Virus record (IMG/VR): IMGVR_UViG_3300028864_000014
Location: 124,001-188,000 of that record
Direction: 5' to 3' (one strand)
DNA length: 64,000 nt
Part shown: positions 1 to 11,013 of the stretch, piece by piece
Layout: the number at the start of each line of letters is the position of its first letter
Position numbering within the stretch: position 1 is the first letter of the stretch
The notes under the pieces: model-generated
The model's input: the letters and a program-made list of their open reading frames with translations, nothing else
Database searches by the model: none
Told to the model about the DNA's origin: nothing
Translations under genes and position numbers: made by a program

Positions 1-2
1 TT

Positions 3-251
3 AGAAAAAGGAAAATAGTAACTAATATTTTAATTAGTGAGAAATTAAAAGATAATGATGATTATTCAACTGTTTGGAATATATTGGGAGAGTTAAAGAA
101 AGATGACAACTCAGAAATAACTGAATATATAAACTCACATGATATTCAATTATTTAAAATTGATAAAGAATTTCTTGATACTGAATTATTAAAACCTAAA
201 ACAGAACTTGATGAGTATATAAAAACTCATAATATTGAATTAAAAAAATAA
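3..251 (+). CDS. hypothetical protein, 5'-truncated by the window edge
   Basis: Open frame from base 3 to TAA at 249-251, followed by a hairpin terminator. Confidence 0.6.
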   Translation, partial: RKRKIVTNILISEKLKDNDDYSTVWNILGELKKDDNSEITEYINSHDIQLFKIDKEFLDTELLKPKTELDEYIKTHNIELKK

Positions 252-257
252 CAATTT

Positions 258-286
258 AAATCCATCTATTTAAGATGGATTTTTTT
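258..286 (+). terminator. intrinsic terminator
   Basis: aaatccatct/agatggattt 10-bp stem, 5-nt loop, T-run. Confidence 0.75.
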
Positions 287-293
287 ATATATA
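285..293 (+). promoter_or_regulatory. candidate late-promoter motif TTATATATA
   Basis: Same motif recurs about 20-35 nt upstream of late-type ORFs (see findings). Confidence 0.4.
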
Positions 294-317
294 ATAATAA
301 ATAAAAAATAATTTATT

Positions 318-647
318 ATGACAGTATATAGTTTTGATGAATATTATGGCAAGAAATATCAAGTAGATAGATATTATGATAATATGATGAGAGTAGTTGA
401 TGATTATGTAAATACTAATGATGAATTTAGAAAAAACCACAAAGTTCAAAATTCACCTTATTTTGTTATAAAATCAGATAGTATACATAAAAGTTCACTT
501 AAACCAGGAGGATATAATATAAATTACACTTTGAAAAAAAATTATCAAAAGGGAACAATAAATATAACTGATGAAGAATATAATGATTTAGTTGAATATA
601 TGAAAGATACAGAATTATATAAATCTACAAAAAAATTCAATTTATAA
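318..647 (+). CDS. hypothetical protein with CTS-like N-terminus and KFNL C-terminal tag
   Basis: MTVYSFDEY...STKKFNL*. Confidence 0.8.
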   Translation: MTVYSFDEYYGKKYQVDRYYDNMMRVVDDYVNTNDEFRKNHKVQNSPYFVIKSDSIHKSSLKPGGYNINYTLKKNYQKGTINITDEEYNDLVEYMKDTELYKSTKKFNL

Positions 648-1447
648 TGAGCAAAAAAGTCAAAGATTGGAATTCATTTATTTTAGAACAACAGAGTATA
701 GAAAACTCTATATATTCAATATTTGATATTGATGATAATTTACTTATCATGAATACTCCTTTACACTTTCAACATTTTGAAAATGGTAAATGGATAAATA
801 AAGATATATCAATTCAAGATTTTTCTAAAATAAGACTTGAATATCCAGATAATTATATTGATAATAATGAATGGAAATCAGACACTAAATATACATTTTC
901 TGAATTTGGAGACAACGGTCCAAGATTAGATAATTCACTTGTTGATGATATTAAAAAATCAATAAAGAATAAAAATTTTGGTCCATCATGGGAGTCATTT
1001 TTAACAACTCTAAAAGAAGGTAGATTATTTGCTATCATTACCACAAGAGGACATGAACCTAATACTATACATTCATCAGTAAGATATATAATAGATAATG
1101 TATTAGACATAGATGATAAAAATATAATGATAACAAATATAGAAAAATATAATAAATTATTCAAATTTGAATCAACTGATAAAATAGAAAATTATTTAGA
1201 CTGCTGTTATTTTATTGGATTAATGTCTCAAGCATTCAAAGATGAGTTTTATTTTACTCCAACAATGAAAACAAGACATTTAGCTATACAAGATGCAACT
1301 AACAAATTTTCAAATTACGTTAAAGAAATTTCTCCTGGTACAATAGATTCATTCATTAGTAATGAGAAATCATTAGACTTTCCTGAATTTTATAGCATTT
1401 CTAATTCTGTCACCAATAAAACAGAACAAGTAAAAGTTAAAATATAA
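647..1447 (+). CDS. putative HAD-superfamily hydrolase with CTS-like leader
   Basis: FDIDDNL (DxD motif I), FAIITTRGHEP (motif II-like); N-terminus MSKKVKDWNSFILE. Confidence 0.45.
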   Translation: MSKKVKDWNSFILEQQSIENSIYSIFDIDDNLLIMNTPLHFQHFENGKWINKDISIQDFSKIRLEYPDNYIDNNEWKSDTKYTFSEFGDNGPRLDNSLVDDIKKSIKNKNFGPSWESFLTTLKEGRLFAIITTRGHEPNTIHSSVRYIIDNVLDIDDKNIMITNIEKYNKLFKFESTDKIENYLDCCYFIGLMSQAFKDEFYFTPTMKTRHLAIQDATNKFSNYVKEISPGTIDSFISNEKSLDFPEFYSISNSVTNKTEQVKVKI

Positions 1448-1470
1448 TAAATATCAAATATTTAATAAAT

Positions 1471-1515
1471 ATATCTTGAATAATTTTTTTATTCAAGATA
1501 TTTTTTTTATCTTTG
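1471..1515 (+). promoter_or_regulatory. terminator hairpin fused to a Bacteroidota-type -7 promoter element
   Basis: atatcttgaata/tattcaagatat stem plus T-run running into TATCTTTG at 1508-1515, upstream of ligA. Confidence 0.65.
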
Positions 1516-1541
1516 TACTTCATAAACAAAAAATATAAAAA

Positions 1542-3425
1542 ATGAAAATATCAGAAATTTATCAATTATTAGAATATGGTATGTTTAAATCTGCTTCAGT
1601 TGAAGTTAAGAAACTAAATCAGAAATATCGTGATGGAGAACCTGAAATAAGTGATCCAGAATATGATAAATTGATTTCAACATTTCAAAATTTGGATCCA
1701 GACAATGAAATATTTGAATCTGGTGTAATTGAAGATAGTGGAACTGTCAATCCAGACAGAAAAGAAAATTTAAAATTTCCAATGTATTCATTGAATAAAT
1801 TTCATACTATTGAGGAAATTCACAAATGGTTATCAAACAAAGGAATATCATTAGAAATAGAATTGGTTTGTACATCGAAATATGATGGAATGTCAATTCT
1901 TAAAGATGAATATAAACAACTTGCTTGGTCAAGAGGTGATGGCATAATTGGAGAAACTATGCATAAGCATTATGAAATGATAAATGATAATAGTAAAAAA
2001 ATTAATTTATTTACTATTGGGGAATTCATTATACCAAAGCCTGTTTTTAATAGTAGATTGTTTTATAGAGACAATGGAGAAGCATTTAAAAATGCTCGTA
2101 ATATGGTTGCTGGACTTAAAAATTCTGATACAGTATCAAAAGATTTAAAGAATGCTAAACATATTCGTTATGGTTATGCAAGTGAAGATTTCACCCAAGA
2201 TAAATCTGAACAACTAGAATTCATCTGCAAAAATTTCTCTAATGTACCATACAAAATATTCAAAGCAATTGATTTGAATTTTGATGAATTAAATGATATT
2301 TATATTGAATGGAACAAAGAATATGATATTGATGGACTTGTTTTTGATATAAATGATAAAGACATTAGAAAAAAACTTGGGCGTGAAACTAATAATAATC
2401 CTGCATATTCAAGAGCATATAAGAACCCAGAATGGGCAGAATCAAAGGAAACTAAAATTTTAGAAATTGTAAAAGAAGTCTCTAAAAACGGCTTACTTAA
2501 ACCAGTAGCTTTAATTGTACCTATCCTATTAGATGGAGCCACAGTATCACGTGTTACATTAAATAACTATAAATTTGTTAGAATAAATGATTTAGGAGTT
2601 GGTTCTGTAATTGGAGTGATGCGTAGTGGAGGAGTAATACCAAAGATTGTAAAAATTATTAAGGCGACTGGATTTGAAATGCCTACATTTGGTAGTTCAA
2701 AAGTTTTCTGGAATGAAAATGAAGTAGAATTGATGGTAGAAGGAACTGAAGAACAAGAAATAAAAAAACTTATTTCATTCTTTGAAATTCTTGAAGCTGA
2801 ATATGTATCAGAAGGTACTATTAATCAATTATATAATTCTGGTTACAAAACAATTAAACAGATATTAGATTTGACACCAGATGAATTAGAAAGACTTGAT
2901 AGATTTGGTGAAAGAAAATCATCAATAGTTTATGAGTCAATTCATAAATCTGTCACAAACGTTAAACTATCAAAACTGATGCACGCTACATGTATATTCA
3001 CAAACTTAGGAAGTAAGAAAATTGAGTTACTAATGCATTTTGATGGTAAGCCTACATTTGAACAAATACTTGAAGTAAAAGGATTCTCTGATAAGTCAGC
3101 AAAATCATATCTTGAAGGTTATGATAAGTTCTATGATTTTATTAAAGATTTACCTATCAAAATACAATCAAATGATGTTCCTGATGTAGAAATAGTTGGT
3201 GATGATTTGGAAAATATATCATTTTGCTTCACTGGAATAAGAAGAAAAGATTTAGAAGAAATTATAATTTCAAAATCAGGAAAAATTGCATCTGGTGTAT
3301 CAAAAAATTTGACATATTTAGTATGTAAAGACAAAAATGCTGGAACATCAAAATTAGTAAAAGCAGAAGAGATTGGTGTGAAATTGTTAAGTGTTGAAGA
3401 TTTAGAAAAAATGTTGAATAATTAA
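1542..3425 (+). CDS. ligA: NAD-dependent DNA ligase
   Basis: Domain Ia Y..G.PEISDPEYD; adenylation motif SKYDG; DIDGLV; VSKNGLLKPVA; RSGGVIP; HhH repeats; C-terminal BRCT (FCFTG...VSKNLTYLV...GTSKL.KA). Confidence 0.97.
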   Translation: MKISEIYQLLEYGMFKSASVEVKKLNQKYRDGEPEISDPEYDKLISTFQNLDPDNEIFESGVIEDSGTVNPDRKENLKFPMYSLNKFHTIEEIHKWLSNKGISLEIELVCTSKYDGMSILKDEYKQLAWSRGDGIIGETMHKHYEMINDNSKKINLFTIGEFIIPKPVFNSRLFYRDNGEAFKNARNMVAGLKNSDTVSKDLKNAKHIRYGYASEDFTQDKSEQLEFICKNFSNVPYKIFKAIDLNFDELNDIYIEWNKEYDIDGLVFDINDKDIRKKLGRETNNNPAYSRAYKNPEWAESKETKILEIVKEVSKNGLLKPVALIVPILLDGATVSRVTLNNYKFVRINDLGVGSVIGVMRSGGVIPKIVKIIKATGFEMPTFGSSKVFWNENEVELMVEGTEEQEIKKLISFFEILEAEYVSEGTINQLYNSGYKTIKQILDLTPDELERLDRFGERKSSIVYESIHKSVTNVKLSKLMHATCIFTNLGSKKIELLMHFDGKPTFEQILEVKGFSDKSAKSYLEGYDKFYDFIKDLPIKIQSNDVPDVEIVGDDLENISFCFTGIRRKDLEEIIISKSGKIASGVSKNLTYLVCKDKNAGTSKLVKAEEIGVKLLSVEDLEKMLNN

Positions 3426-3474
3426 TTTGGCAATTAGAAATAAATACACTATCTTTATAAGATAAAAATAAATA

Positions 3475-6229
3475 ATGACAGCATTAGAAGTATATAATTT
3501 TTTAAAAAATTCAGGAAAATTTTCAGATTTAATTTTTGGAGAACCAAATTCTAACGTAAGATATTCTCCATTTGCAGAAATAAAGTATGTTATAAACAAA
3601 TCAGAATATATTATAGAAGTCACTAATGAATATCAATACTCTTTTTTTAGTTGTCATCCATTTACAGATATTAAAGGATTAGAATTTGTTATTCTTAATG
3701 ATTTTTGTGAAGAAAAAACAATTATATCTAATTTCAAAAGATTATTAAAAAAAATAATAAAATTGGATATTTACATCCAAAATAGAGAAATTGATAAAAT
3801 TGTGATAAAAGATATAATAAATAATCATATTAAAAAAACATATAATTTAAATGTTGATTTGACATACGGATATTTAAGTAAATTATTCAAAAATTACATG
3901 ACTATTAAATTTTCACCAAAAAATATCACGTCAAGAATAAAAAGAAAGCCATCATACCACCAAGTATCATATAATAAAAAATTATTTGATACTTCATTAG
4001 AACATTATTCGAAATATGATATTTGGGTATTTTTTAATAATAATAACTCTCATGTCGCATTAAATTTATATTATGACGGAGAATCAAAAAAATTATTATC
4101 AATTGCAAAAAATGAATCATATCAGCCTTTTAGCAATGATATAACTAAAATAATAAGAAAAGAAAAACTTATTAAACTTATGAATGATGACTGATATTGA
4201 GACAATAGAAATAATTAAAAAATACATATTAAAAAAGAAATTTGAAATTGAAATTGGTAGTGTTGATAAAAATTATATATCATTTTATTATAACTTAAAT
4301 GATTCAGATTATTGTATTAATATATTCATTGAAAAAAACAAAAATAATCAGTCAGTTATAAAATATTATTCAAATTGTAATATTTTTAATATAAATAGAT
4401 TGAGAACTTCTGTATCAAGCAAAAATTATTTACGTAGTATTTATGATAATTTGATTTATATTAAAACTGAGTTGAATAAAATATCAAGATATGAAAAAGA
4501 AAGATATGATAATAATAAAAAATATTGCACAGAGTTAGAAAGTCATTATAAAAAAATTCATGATAATGTTAATATTGAAGTTTTTTTTCCTAATGACGAT
4601 AATATTAATATTAAAATAACTGGTTATAATAATAACAAAATTACTATTTATAGCATAAATTATACTGACAATAAATATTACCTTAATAGTCTTGAAGAAA
4701 AATATTCACCAAATAAAACAATATGAAAGCACTACACATCACATCAGAATCTAATGGTTACGAAGAAGTAGAATTACTTGCAAACAGAGTATCAAGAACA
4801 AATGGACTTGCTGTAATTGAGATAAACGGAGAAATATTAATGACTGGAGGTTTTTTAATTCAAGATACGCCTGAAATAAGAATTATATTGGATAACACAT
4901 CAAAAGATAAGCAATTTGATTTAATAAAATCAATAAAAATGGATCCATTTGCTGCATTCTATTATGAAGAATAATTATGATATTTTCAGATAAAAAATAT
5001 TCACATTTAGAAGATGTTGAAGGTAATAAAATATATGATATTATTACTTACCCTTATCTATTCGGATTTGATGGGTCTTATGATGATATTGTATTAGAAT
5101 TAAAAATAAATTCTGATAATACAATGGATTTGAAGTTTGATAATAATACATTGTCAGGATTTAATAATACTTCAAATAAACAATTTTCTGTTTGTAAAAC
5201 AAAGCAAGATAGTATGCTTAAAATATTTAAAAAACAATTATTGAAGTACCCTTATCCAACTGATGAACTAACTTTAATATTTAGTAAATAATATAAACTT
5301 ATTGGTTTTCTTGTAGTATATAAGAAAAAATTAAATTTATGAATTATAATATAACGGTGTTTCTTGACGATAGTAGTATAATAACTATACCTGCTGAGTA
5401 TGAAAATGAATATACACTAAAACAAAACGTGACTGCAATAGGAAATAATGGTGTATGGGAAAGTACGGGAAGTGATTATATATTTACTCCTTCTCATAGA
5501 ATATTCAAAATTGATGTATGGAAAGACAAAAAATAAATTTCTAAAAATAAAATAAAATAAAATAAAATATGAAAATAAAAGAATACAAAATTCAAATGAC
5601 ATTATCAATTGAATCAGAAGAAGCGGATTATGAAAGAGTAGAACAATTTGCTCAAGAACTTGCAGAGAGTCTTATTCAAGATAATCCAGTATCATACGAT
5701 GATATTGATATCGTTGAAACTGTAGTTACCGAAGTTCAAGATCTTAATGATGATGAAGATTTCACAAATTTAGATAAAAATGGTGATGAAATTGAAGAAG
5801 AAGAATATTAATTAAAAAATAATTAAATAAATTATAAAAGTAAAACTTTATATATTATTAAAACTAAACAATAAACAAATTATTAAATAAAAAATTATGA
5901 ACATTACCGAACAATTATCAGAAATGGTTAATCCATCTACTGAAATCCAACAAAATTTTCTTGAAGAAGTTAAAAAAGTTAAAATCTTTGATCTTAATGA
6001 AACTGATAAATTAGCTTTGATTGATTTTCTTTGTGATAAAGCTGAACAAGATTTAGCTTTCGATTATCTTTATCATGTATTGGATAATGAAATTTCATAT
6101 CCTATTGATGATGAAAAAGTAAAAACACTTTTTGCTGACGAAAGAATGCAAAAAATGAAAGATTTAATGTTAGCTCAACTTAACGATGAAGATTCTGAAG
6201 ATTCAACTGACGAACCAGTAGAAGATTAA
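3475..6229 (+). other. run of 7 co-oriented hypothetical ORFs (3475-4194, 4184-4726, 4723-4974, 4977-5291, 5339-5536, 5569-5811, 5897-6229)
   Basis: Overlapping or abutting ORFs with A-rich initiation regions; no recognisable domains; the last two are highly acidic. Confidence 0.75.
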
Positions 6230-6246
6230 TTTTCAAATTAACTTTC

Positions 6247-6307
6247 TAATAAACCTATAATTTTACAATAAATCATATTAGTTTATTGTTAAATTATAGG
6301 TTTATTA
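6247..6307. repeat. 26-bp inverted repeat with 1 mismatch and a 9-nt loop
   Basis: taataaacctataattttacaataaa / tttattgttaaattataggtttatta. Confidence 0.85.
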
Positions 6308-6340
6308 TTAATATTATATTGTTTATTAAAAAATTTTCAG

Positions 6341-6348
6341 TATCTTTG
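6341..6348 (+). promoter_or_regulatory. Bacteroidota sigma-A -7 element
   Basis: TATCTTTG, 41 nt upstream of clpP. Confidence 0.65.
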
Positions 6349-6389
6349 TATCTAATCAATTAATCAAATAATAATTAAAATATTAAATT

Positions 6390-7145
6390 ATGAACAAAAA
6401 CGCATTTAGAAATTATGCTACTAAGCATTTAGGTATTAATGGAACATTGGTAGATGATGTGACAAAATATCAAGTCAAGAATTTTGGTTTATCTCCTCAT
6501 GTTTTAGAAGAAAGACAACTTAATGTAACCCAATTGTCCGTATTTGATAGACTTATGATGGATAGAATTCTATGGGTGTCTGGTGAAGTGGATGATACAA
6601 TGTCTGATATTATTCAAGCACAATTATTATATTTAGAGGATTCTGATCCTAAAAAAGATATTACAATGCAAATATCAACACCAGGAGGATCAGTTATTCA
6701 TGGGTTAGGTATAATTGATGTTATGGATTATATTAAGCCTGATGTAGCCACAGTTAATTTAGGAATGTGTGCTTCAATGGGTAGCGTTCTTCTATCATCT
6801 GGTGCAAAAGGCAAACGTTCATCTTTAATTAATTCTACTGTTATGTTACATCACGTTGCTGCAGGAAATAGTGGGAAAGTAGATGATACTCGTATTAGTC
6901 AAATGGAGACTGAAAAATATAATTTTTTACTATTCAAAATTCTGGCAAAAAATTCTGGAAAATCATTTGAAGAAATTCATGATTTCTGTCAAAGAGACAT
7001 GTGGCTAAATTCTGATGAAGCATTAAATTATGGTTTGATTGATTCTATTATCGGATTAACTGATAACAAATCAAATTCTATTACAACTATGATGGATGGT
7101 TTTGATGAATATTATATGAAATATGTATTTAAACAAGTAAAATAA
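6390..7145 (+). CDS. clpP: ATP-dependent Clp protease proteolytic subunit
   Basis: VFDRLMMDRIL, ISTPGGSV, GMCASMG (catalytic Ser), VMLHH, RDMWLNSDEALNYGLID; long N-terminal extension. Confidence 0.95.
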   Translation: MNKNAFRNYATKHLGINGTLVDDVTKYQVKNFGLSPHVLEERQLNVTQLSVFDRLMMDRILWVSGEVDDTMSDIIQAQLLYLEDSDPKKDITMQISTPGGSVIHGLGIIDVMDYIKPDVATVNLGMCASMGSVLLSSGAKGKRSSLINSTVMLHHVAAGNSGKVDDTRISQMETEKYNFLLFKILAKNSGKSFEEIHDFCQRDMWLNSDEALNYGLIDSIIGLTDNKSNSITTMMDGFDEYYMKYVFKQVK

Positions 7146-7146
7146 T

Positions 7147-7665
7147 ATGACTGGAAAATTAGATAATTATTTAGTTGAAAAATATCCTAAAATTTTCATA
7201 AATCGTTATGGTGATATGAAATCTACTGCAATGTGTTGGGGATTTGAACATGGAGATGGTTGGTTTTGGATATTAGATCAACTATGTTATTCTATTCAAA
7301 GTTATATTGATATGAGTAATGAATATTTATCTGATGATAAGAAAATTCCTCAATTAGTTGCATCACAAATAAAAGAGAAATTTGGAACTCTTAATTTTTA
7401 TTATGATGGAGGAAATTCTGAAATTGATGGAATGGTTAGATTTGCTGAAAATATGTCAGCAGGAGTATGTGAGTTTTGTGGATCAACTGAAAACATTGGA
7501 GGAACAAAAGGATGGATTTCAATTATATGCAAGTCATGTTATGATAATTCATCAGATAATGTCAAAAATAGAGTATGGACAGAACGCAAAAATAATCTTT
7601 CATATAGTAACACAATGAAAGAAGTTAGAAAAATAAAACTTGATAAATTAAATAGAGATTTATAA
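7147..7665 (+). CDS. conserved-looking phage protein with Cys pairs and RKxKL tag
   Basis: GFEHGDGWF, QIKEKFGTLNFY, CEFC...CKSC; ends VRKIKLDKLNRDL. Confidence 0.7.
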   Translation: MTGKLDNYLVEKYPKIFINRYGDMKSTAMCWGFEHGDGWFWILDQLCYSIQSYIDMSNEYLSDDKKIPQLVASQIKEKFGTLNFYYDGGNSEIDGMVRFAENMSAGVCEFCGSTENIGGTKGWISIICKSCYDNSSDNVKNRVWTERKNNLSYSNTMKEVRKIKLDKLNRDL

Positions 7666-7666
7666 T

Positions 7667-7701
7667 AAAAAATAGTTAGATTTATATCTAACTATTTTTT
7701 T
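7667..7701 (+). terminator. intrinsic terminator
   Basis: aaaaatagttaga/tctaactattttt stem plus T-run. Confidence 0.75.
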
Positions 7702-7703
7702 AT

Positions 7704-8671
7704 ATGAAATATTTTACTTATATTTGTATTTCAAGAATTGAAAATATGGAATACAAAGATTTAATAAAAACGATTAAAAAATACGAAGGTTCATATATAG
7801 AGTTTATAATGGATTTAAGTCATAATAATAAATGGTTTTTGATGACGATCAAAGAAGATTTATTTAAAATGAATTATAAAATAATAATTCTGAATAATAT
7901 ATTTAGTTTTTATGAATTACAAAAAATTACAAAAAATATAGAAGAAAAAACAATAATTTTTGTAAATAATAAAATAGATAATAATAATTTTAAAGATCCG
8001 TATAGATATTTCAATGAAAATTGTACTATAATATTTTTATGTGAATATTATAAGCATAAAAATAATAACTCAGTAAATAATATACTTAGTGACTTTAATA
8101 ACATAAGATTAACATATTCATCAGGTTTAATAGTTTCTGTAATATCAGATAAAGTAAAAATCGAAAAATCAAGAATTGAAAGAATTGATTGTGATAGTTA
8201 TTTCTATACATATACTGCAGTAAGAAAATTAAAATTAAAAATAATAAATTATAAAATTGAAAATAATATAATATGAAAGATGTAAAAGAATTTGTAGAAC
8301 AATTAGTCAATATTGATTTAATTGAAAATGAAGATTGTTATGGTCATTATCCATTTCAATTATTTGTAGAAACAAGTGATGGTAAATTCGAAATGAATTC
8401 ATTGGCATTGGGTGGTGATGTTGAATCATGCTACAGTAGAGTAAAGAATTATTTTAAAGATGGCGCAAAGAGAATGTTCATGTCATTAGATTTTCCTGGC
8501 TCTCAAGATATTGAAAATGATTTTGTGTGTATTTACTCAATTGTGGATGGTGATTTTGATGTATATGCAATTCCATATGACACAGAAACTGGAGAAGTAT
8601 ATGAAGAGATTCATAAAAGTGTTTTATTAGATAAAATTCTTGATGATTTCAAAACTCTTTGCTTGAAATAA
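7704..8671 (+). other. two hypothetical ORFs (7704-8276 with RKxKL tag; 8273-8671 acidic)
   Basis: ORF track; ATGA-type overlap. Confidence 0.7.
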
Positions 8672-8701
8672 AAATAATTATATAAACTGAAATTCCTGAA
8701 A

Positions 8702-9493
8702 TTATAAAATTTCAGGAATTTCTCTTTTTAGTACATTGTAAATGTGAAAATTTTTAATTCTCATCATTGCAATTGTTTTTAATTCTTTTTTCCAGTTTGT
8801 TGTTGATAAAACTTCAATGATTCTACTTTTCAATTTATCGTTGTGAATGAAAATCTTATATTCTCCTGCATATCTCTTATCATCTTTTGCTAATATCTTT
8901 CCTGCACATCCTGACCCCCAATAAACCATTCTCAAATCAAAATCATCAATCTCATTATATCCTTTGAATGTTTCTCTTACAATAGTCAAATCTTTCATCT
9001 TAAAATCAGGTTTAGTGTTTAATCCTTTTTCTGGCCTTTTATAAATATTAAAAGAACAATGTACATTTCTATCTGAATAAAATTGTAAGCCTAAATCTTC
9101 ACTATATATTAAATCAAATTCATATAAGCTTGATACATTATCAAATTGAGAAATAGGCAAAATAAAAGAAATATAATCACCCAGTTCTACAGATTTTTTA
9201 AAAAATTTATTAACTAAGTGCATTTTTGTTCCATATGGAGGATTTCCAATAATCAATCTACCTTTCTTATACGGTATGTTTAATTGTAAATAATCCTGTT
9301 TAATAATATTTTCATATTCTGGCTCAATATCATACGACGTACAATTTAATTGATTGGAAAAAGATCCATTACCAGCACTTGGCTCAATAATATCTGTAAT
9401 GTTCTTATTATCAACTAATTCAAAAGTTTTATCAATACAATATTTTGAAAGTTCTATCGGAGTATAGTATTTATCATTTTCTATTTTAGCCAT
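8702..9493 (-). CDS. N6-adenine (or N4-cytosine) DNA methyltransferase
   Basis: SAM-binding IEPSAGNGSF, catalytic GNPPYG, ISFILP. Confidence 0.88.
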   Translation of the reverse strand: MAKIENDKYYTPIELSKYCIDKTFELVDNKNITDIIEPSAGNGSFSNQLNCTSYDIEPEYENIIKQDYLQLNIPYKKGRLIIGNPPYGTKMHLVNKFFKKSVELGDYISFILPISQFDNVSSLYEFDLIYSEDLGLQFYSDRNVHCSFNIYKRPEKGLNTKPDFKMKDLTIVRETFKGYNEIDDFDLRMVYWGSGCAGKILAKDDKRYAGEYKIFIHNDKLKSRIIEVLSTTNWKKELKTIAMMRIKNFHIYNVLKREIPEIL

Positions 9494-9537
9494 TAAATAA
9501 TTTATTTTTTATTTTATATAAAATAATTGATGATAAG

Positions 9538-9569
9538 TTTGGTAAATACAAATAAACGAATTATCTTTG
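9538..9569 (+). promoter_or_regulatory. Bacteroidota sigma-A promoter
   Basis: TTTG (9538-9541), 20 nt, TATCTTTG (9562-9569). Confidence 0.8.
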
Positions 9570-9623
9570 TATCTCAATTAAAAACAAATAATAATTATTA
9601 TTAAAAACAAAAACAAAAAAAGT

Positions 9624-10586
9624 ATGAAAAAACAATTGATTTTAGTATGTGTGATTGTATTGGCAGTAATGTCATCTTGTATGAAACCTTATCAGGTACA
9701 AAAGTATCAGGAGATTAAACCAAATGAAACTGCTTATGTAATTCCATTAGAAAATGGAACTCAAGTTAATCAAAGTAAATTAAAATCCCAAACTTATCTC
9801 GAACAAAACAAAGTAGTTGCAAAACGTATTTACATTCCAACACAATGGCACAAGACAGGCAGGATGTCAAATAGTGGTGAATGGATTCCATCTGTTAGAG
9901 TTATTATTGTAGATCGTACTCCTGTTACACGTGAATGGAATGGTGCAGGTGGTGGATCAAATAAAGCATCAAATGACGCAATTGAAGTAGAATCTAAAGA
10001 ATCAATTGGATTTGCAGTTTGTATAACAGTAACAGCATCTATTCCAGAAGATTGGTCCACATTATTCTTATATTCATATAGTGGAAGATCTTTAGCTGAC
10101 TTGATGGACACTGATGTTCGAGGATATGTTCAAAAAAGTTTAACTACACAATTTGGTGATAGAAACTTAACAGGAGGACAGAACGATAGAAGTATTATTT
10201 TCTCTCAAATGTCAAAAGATGTAACAGAACACTTTGCATTATATGGTATCAAAATTATGAACATTGGTTCTGCTGGACAATTTACTTATTCTAATCCTAG
10301 TATTCAAGCAGCAATTAATGAAAAGTATTCATCTGAAATGAACATTAAAACTGCTGAGAATAAAGTAATTGCAGCTAATAAGTTTGCCAAAGCAAAAGCA
10401 TCAATTGAAGCACAGAGTCATCTTGATGCAGACATTGCTATAAAATTAGCATTTGCAGATGCAGTAAAAAATGGTAAGCTTCAAATCCCAAACAATCTTA
10501 CAATCGCTGGTGGAAATTTTTCAATGCTTGAATTATATGGATTGAAGAGTATGAATGCTATCACTTCAACAAAATCAAAACGATAA
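9624..10586 (+). CDS. SPFH/band-7 family lipoprotein
   Basis: Signal peptide with lipobox (VMSS-C), VESKESIGFAVCITV, C-terminal Ala-rich coiled coil. Confidence 0.7.
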   Translation: MKKQLILVCVIVLAVMSSCMKPYQVQKYQEIKPNETAYVIPLENGTQVNQSKLKSQTYLEQNKVVAKRIYIPTQWHKTGRMSNSGEWIPSVRVIIVDRTPVTREWNGAGGGSNKASNDAIEVESKESIGFAVCITVTASIPEDWSTLFLYSYSGRSLADLMDTDVRGYVQKSLTTQFGDRNLTGGQNDRSIIFSQMSKDVTEHFALYGIKIMNIGSAGQFTYSNPSIQAAINEKYSSEMNIKTAENKVIAANKFAKAKASIEAQSHLDADIAIKLAFADAVKNGKLQIPNNLTIAGGNFSMLELYGLKSMNAITSTKSKR

Positions 10587-10906
10587 TGAGAAACAAAATA
10601 ATCAAATCATTGTTAGTTGTTCTTCTATTAATTTCTATTGGATTATCATACAAATTAGTTGTTTATAAAACAACACAAGATTATTCTGCAGTAGCAGCTA
10701 ATCAACTCACTGATGATAATTCATATTATACATTAAAAACACAAAAAACAGCATTCAATTTTATTGATGTTATATATGGTGTTTCTATCCTTGGCTCTTT
10801 AAGCTTATTCTACTTAATTTGGAAACCAAAAAAAGAAGTTGAATTAGATAATGTCATGGAAGATGATTCAAATGAATTAAAAGAAGATGTAAAAGAAGAA
10901 GTCTAA
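10586..10906 (+). CDS. small membrane protein, likely SPFH partner
   Basis: Two hydrophobic segments; coupled to the upstream stop. Confidence 0.6.
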   Translation: MRNKIIKSLLVVLLLISIGLSYKLVVYKTTQDYSAVAANQLTDDNSYYTLKTQKTAFNFIDVIYGVSILGSLSLFYLIWKPKKEVELDNVMEDDSNELKEDVKEEV

Positions 10907-10929
10907 AAAATAATATTAAAATAAATTGA

Positions 10930-10967
10930 AAAATCCTTGCACACGCAAGGATTTTTTTTTATCTTTG
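10930..10967 (+). promoter_or_regulatory. terminator/promoter module
   Basis: aaaatccttgc/gcaaggatttt hairpin; CTTG, 20 nt, TATCTTTG (10960-10967). Confidence 0.7.
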
Positions 10968-11013
10968 TATTTAATATAATCATATAAAAACAATTTTTAA
11001 AAACTTATAAATT

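Noticed and set aside
8688-8721. 15-bp perfect inverted repeat overlapping the methyltransferase stop
   Set aside because: Adequately explained as a bidirectional terminator between convergent genes
8702-9493. Restriction-modification system
   Set aside because: No adjacent nuclease; an orphan methyltransferase is ordinary in large phages
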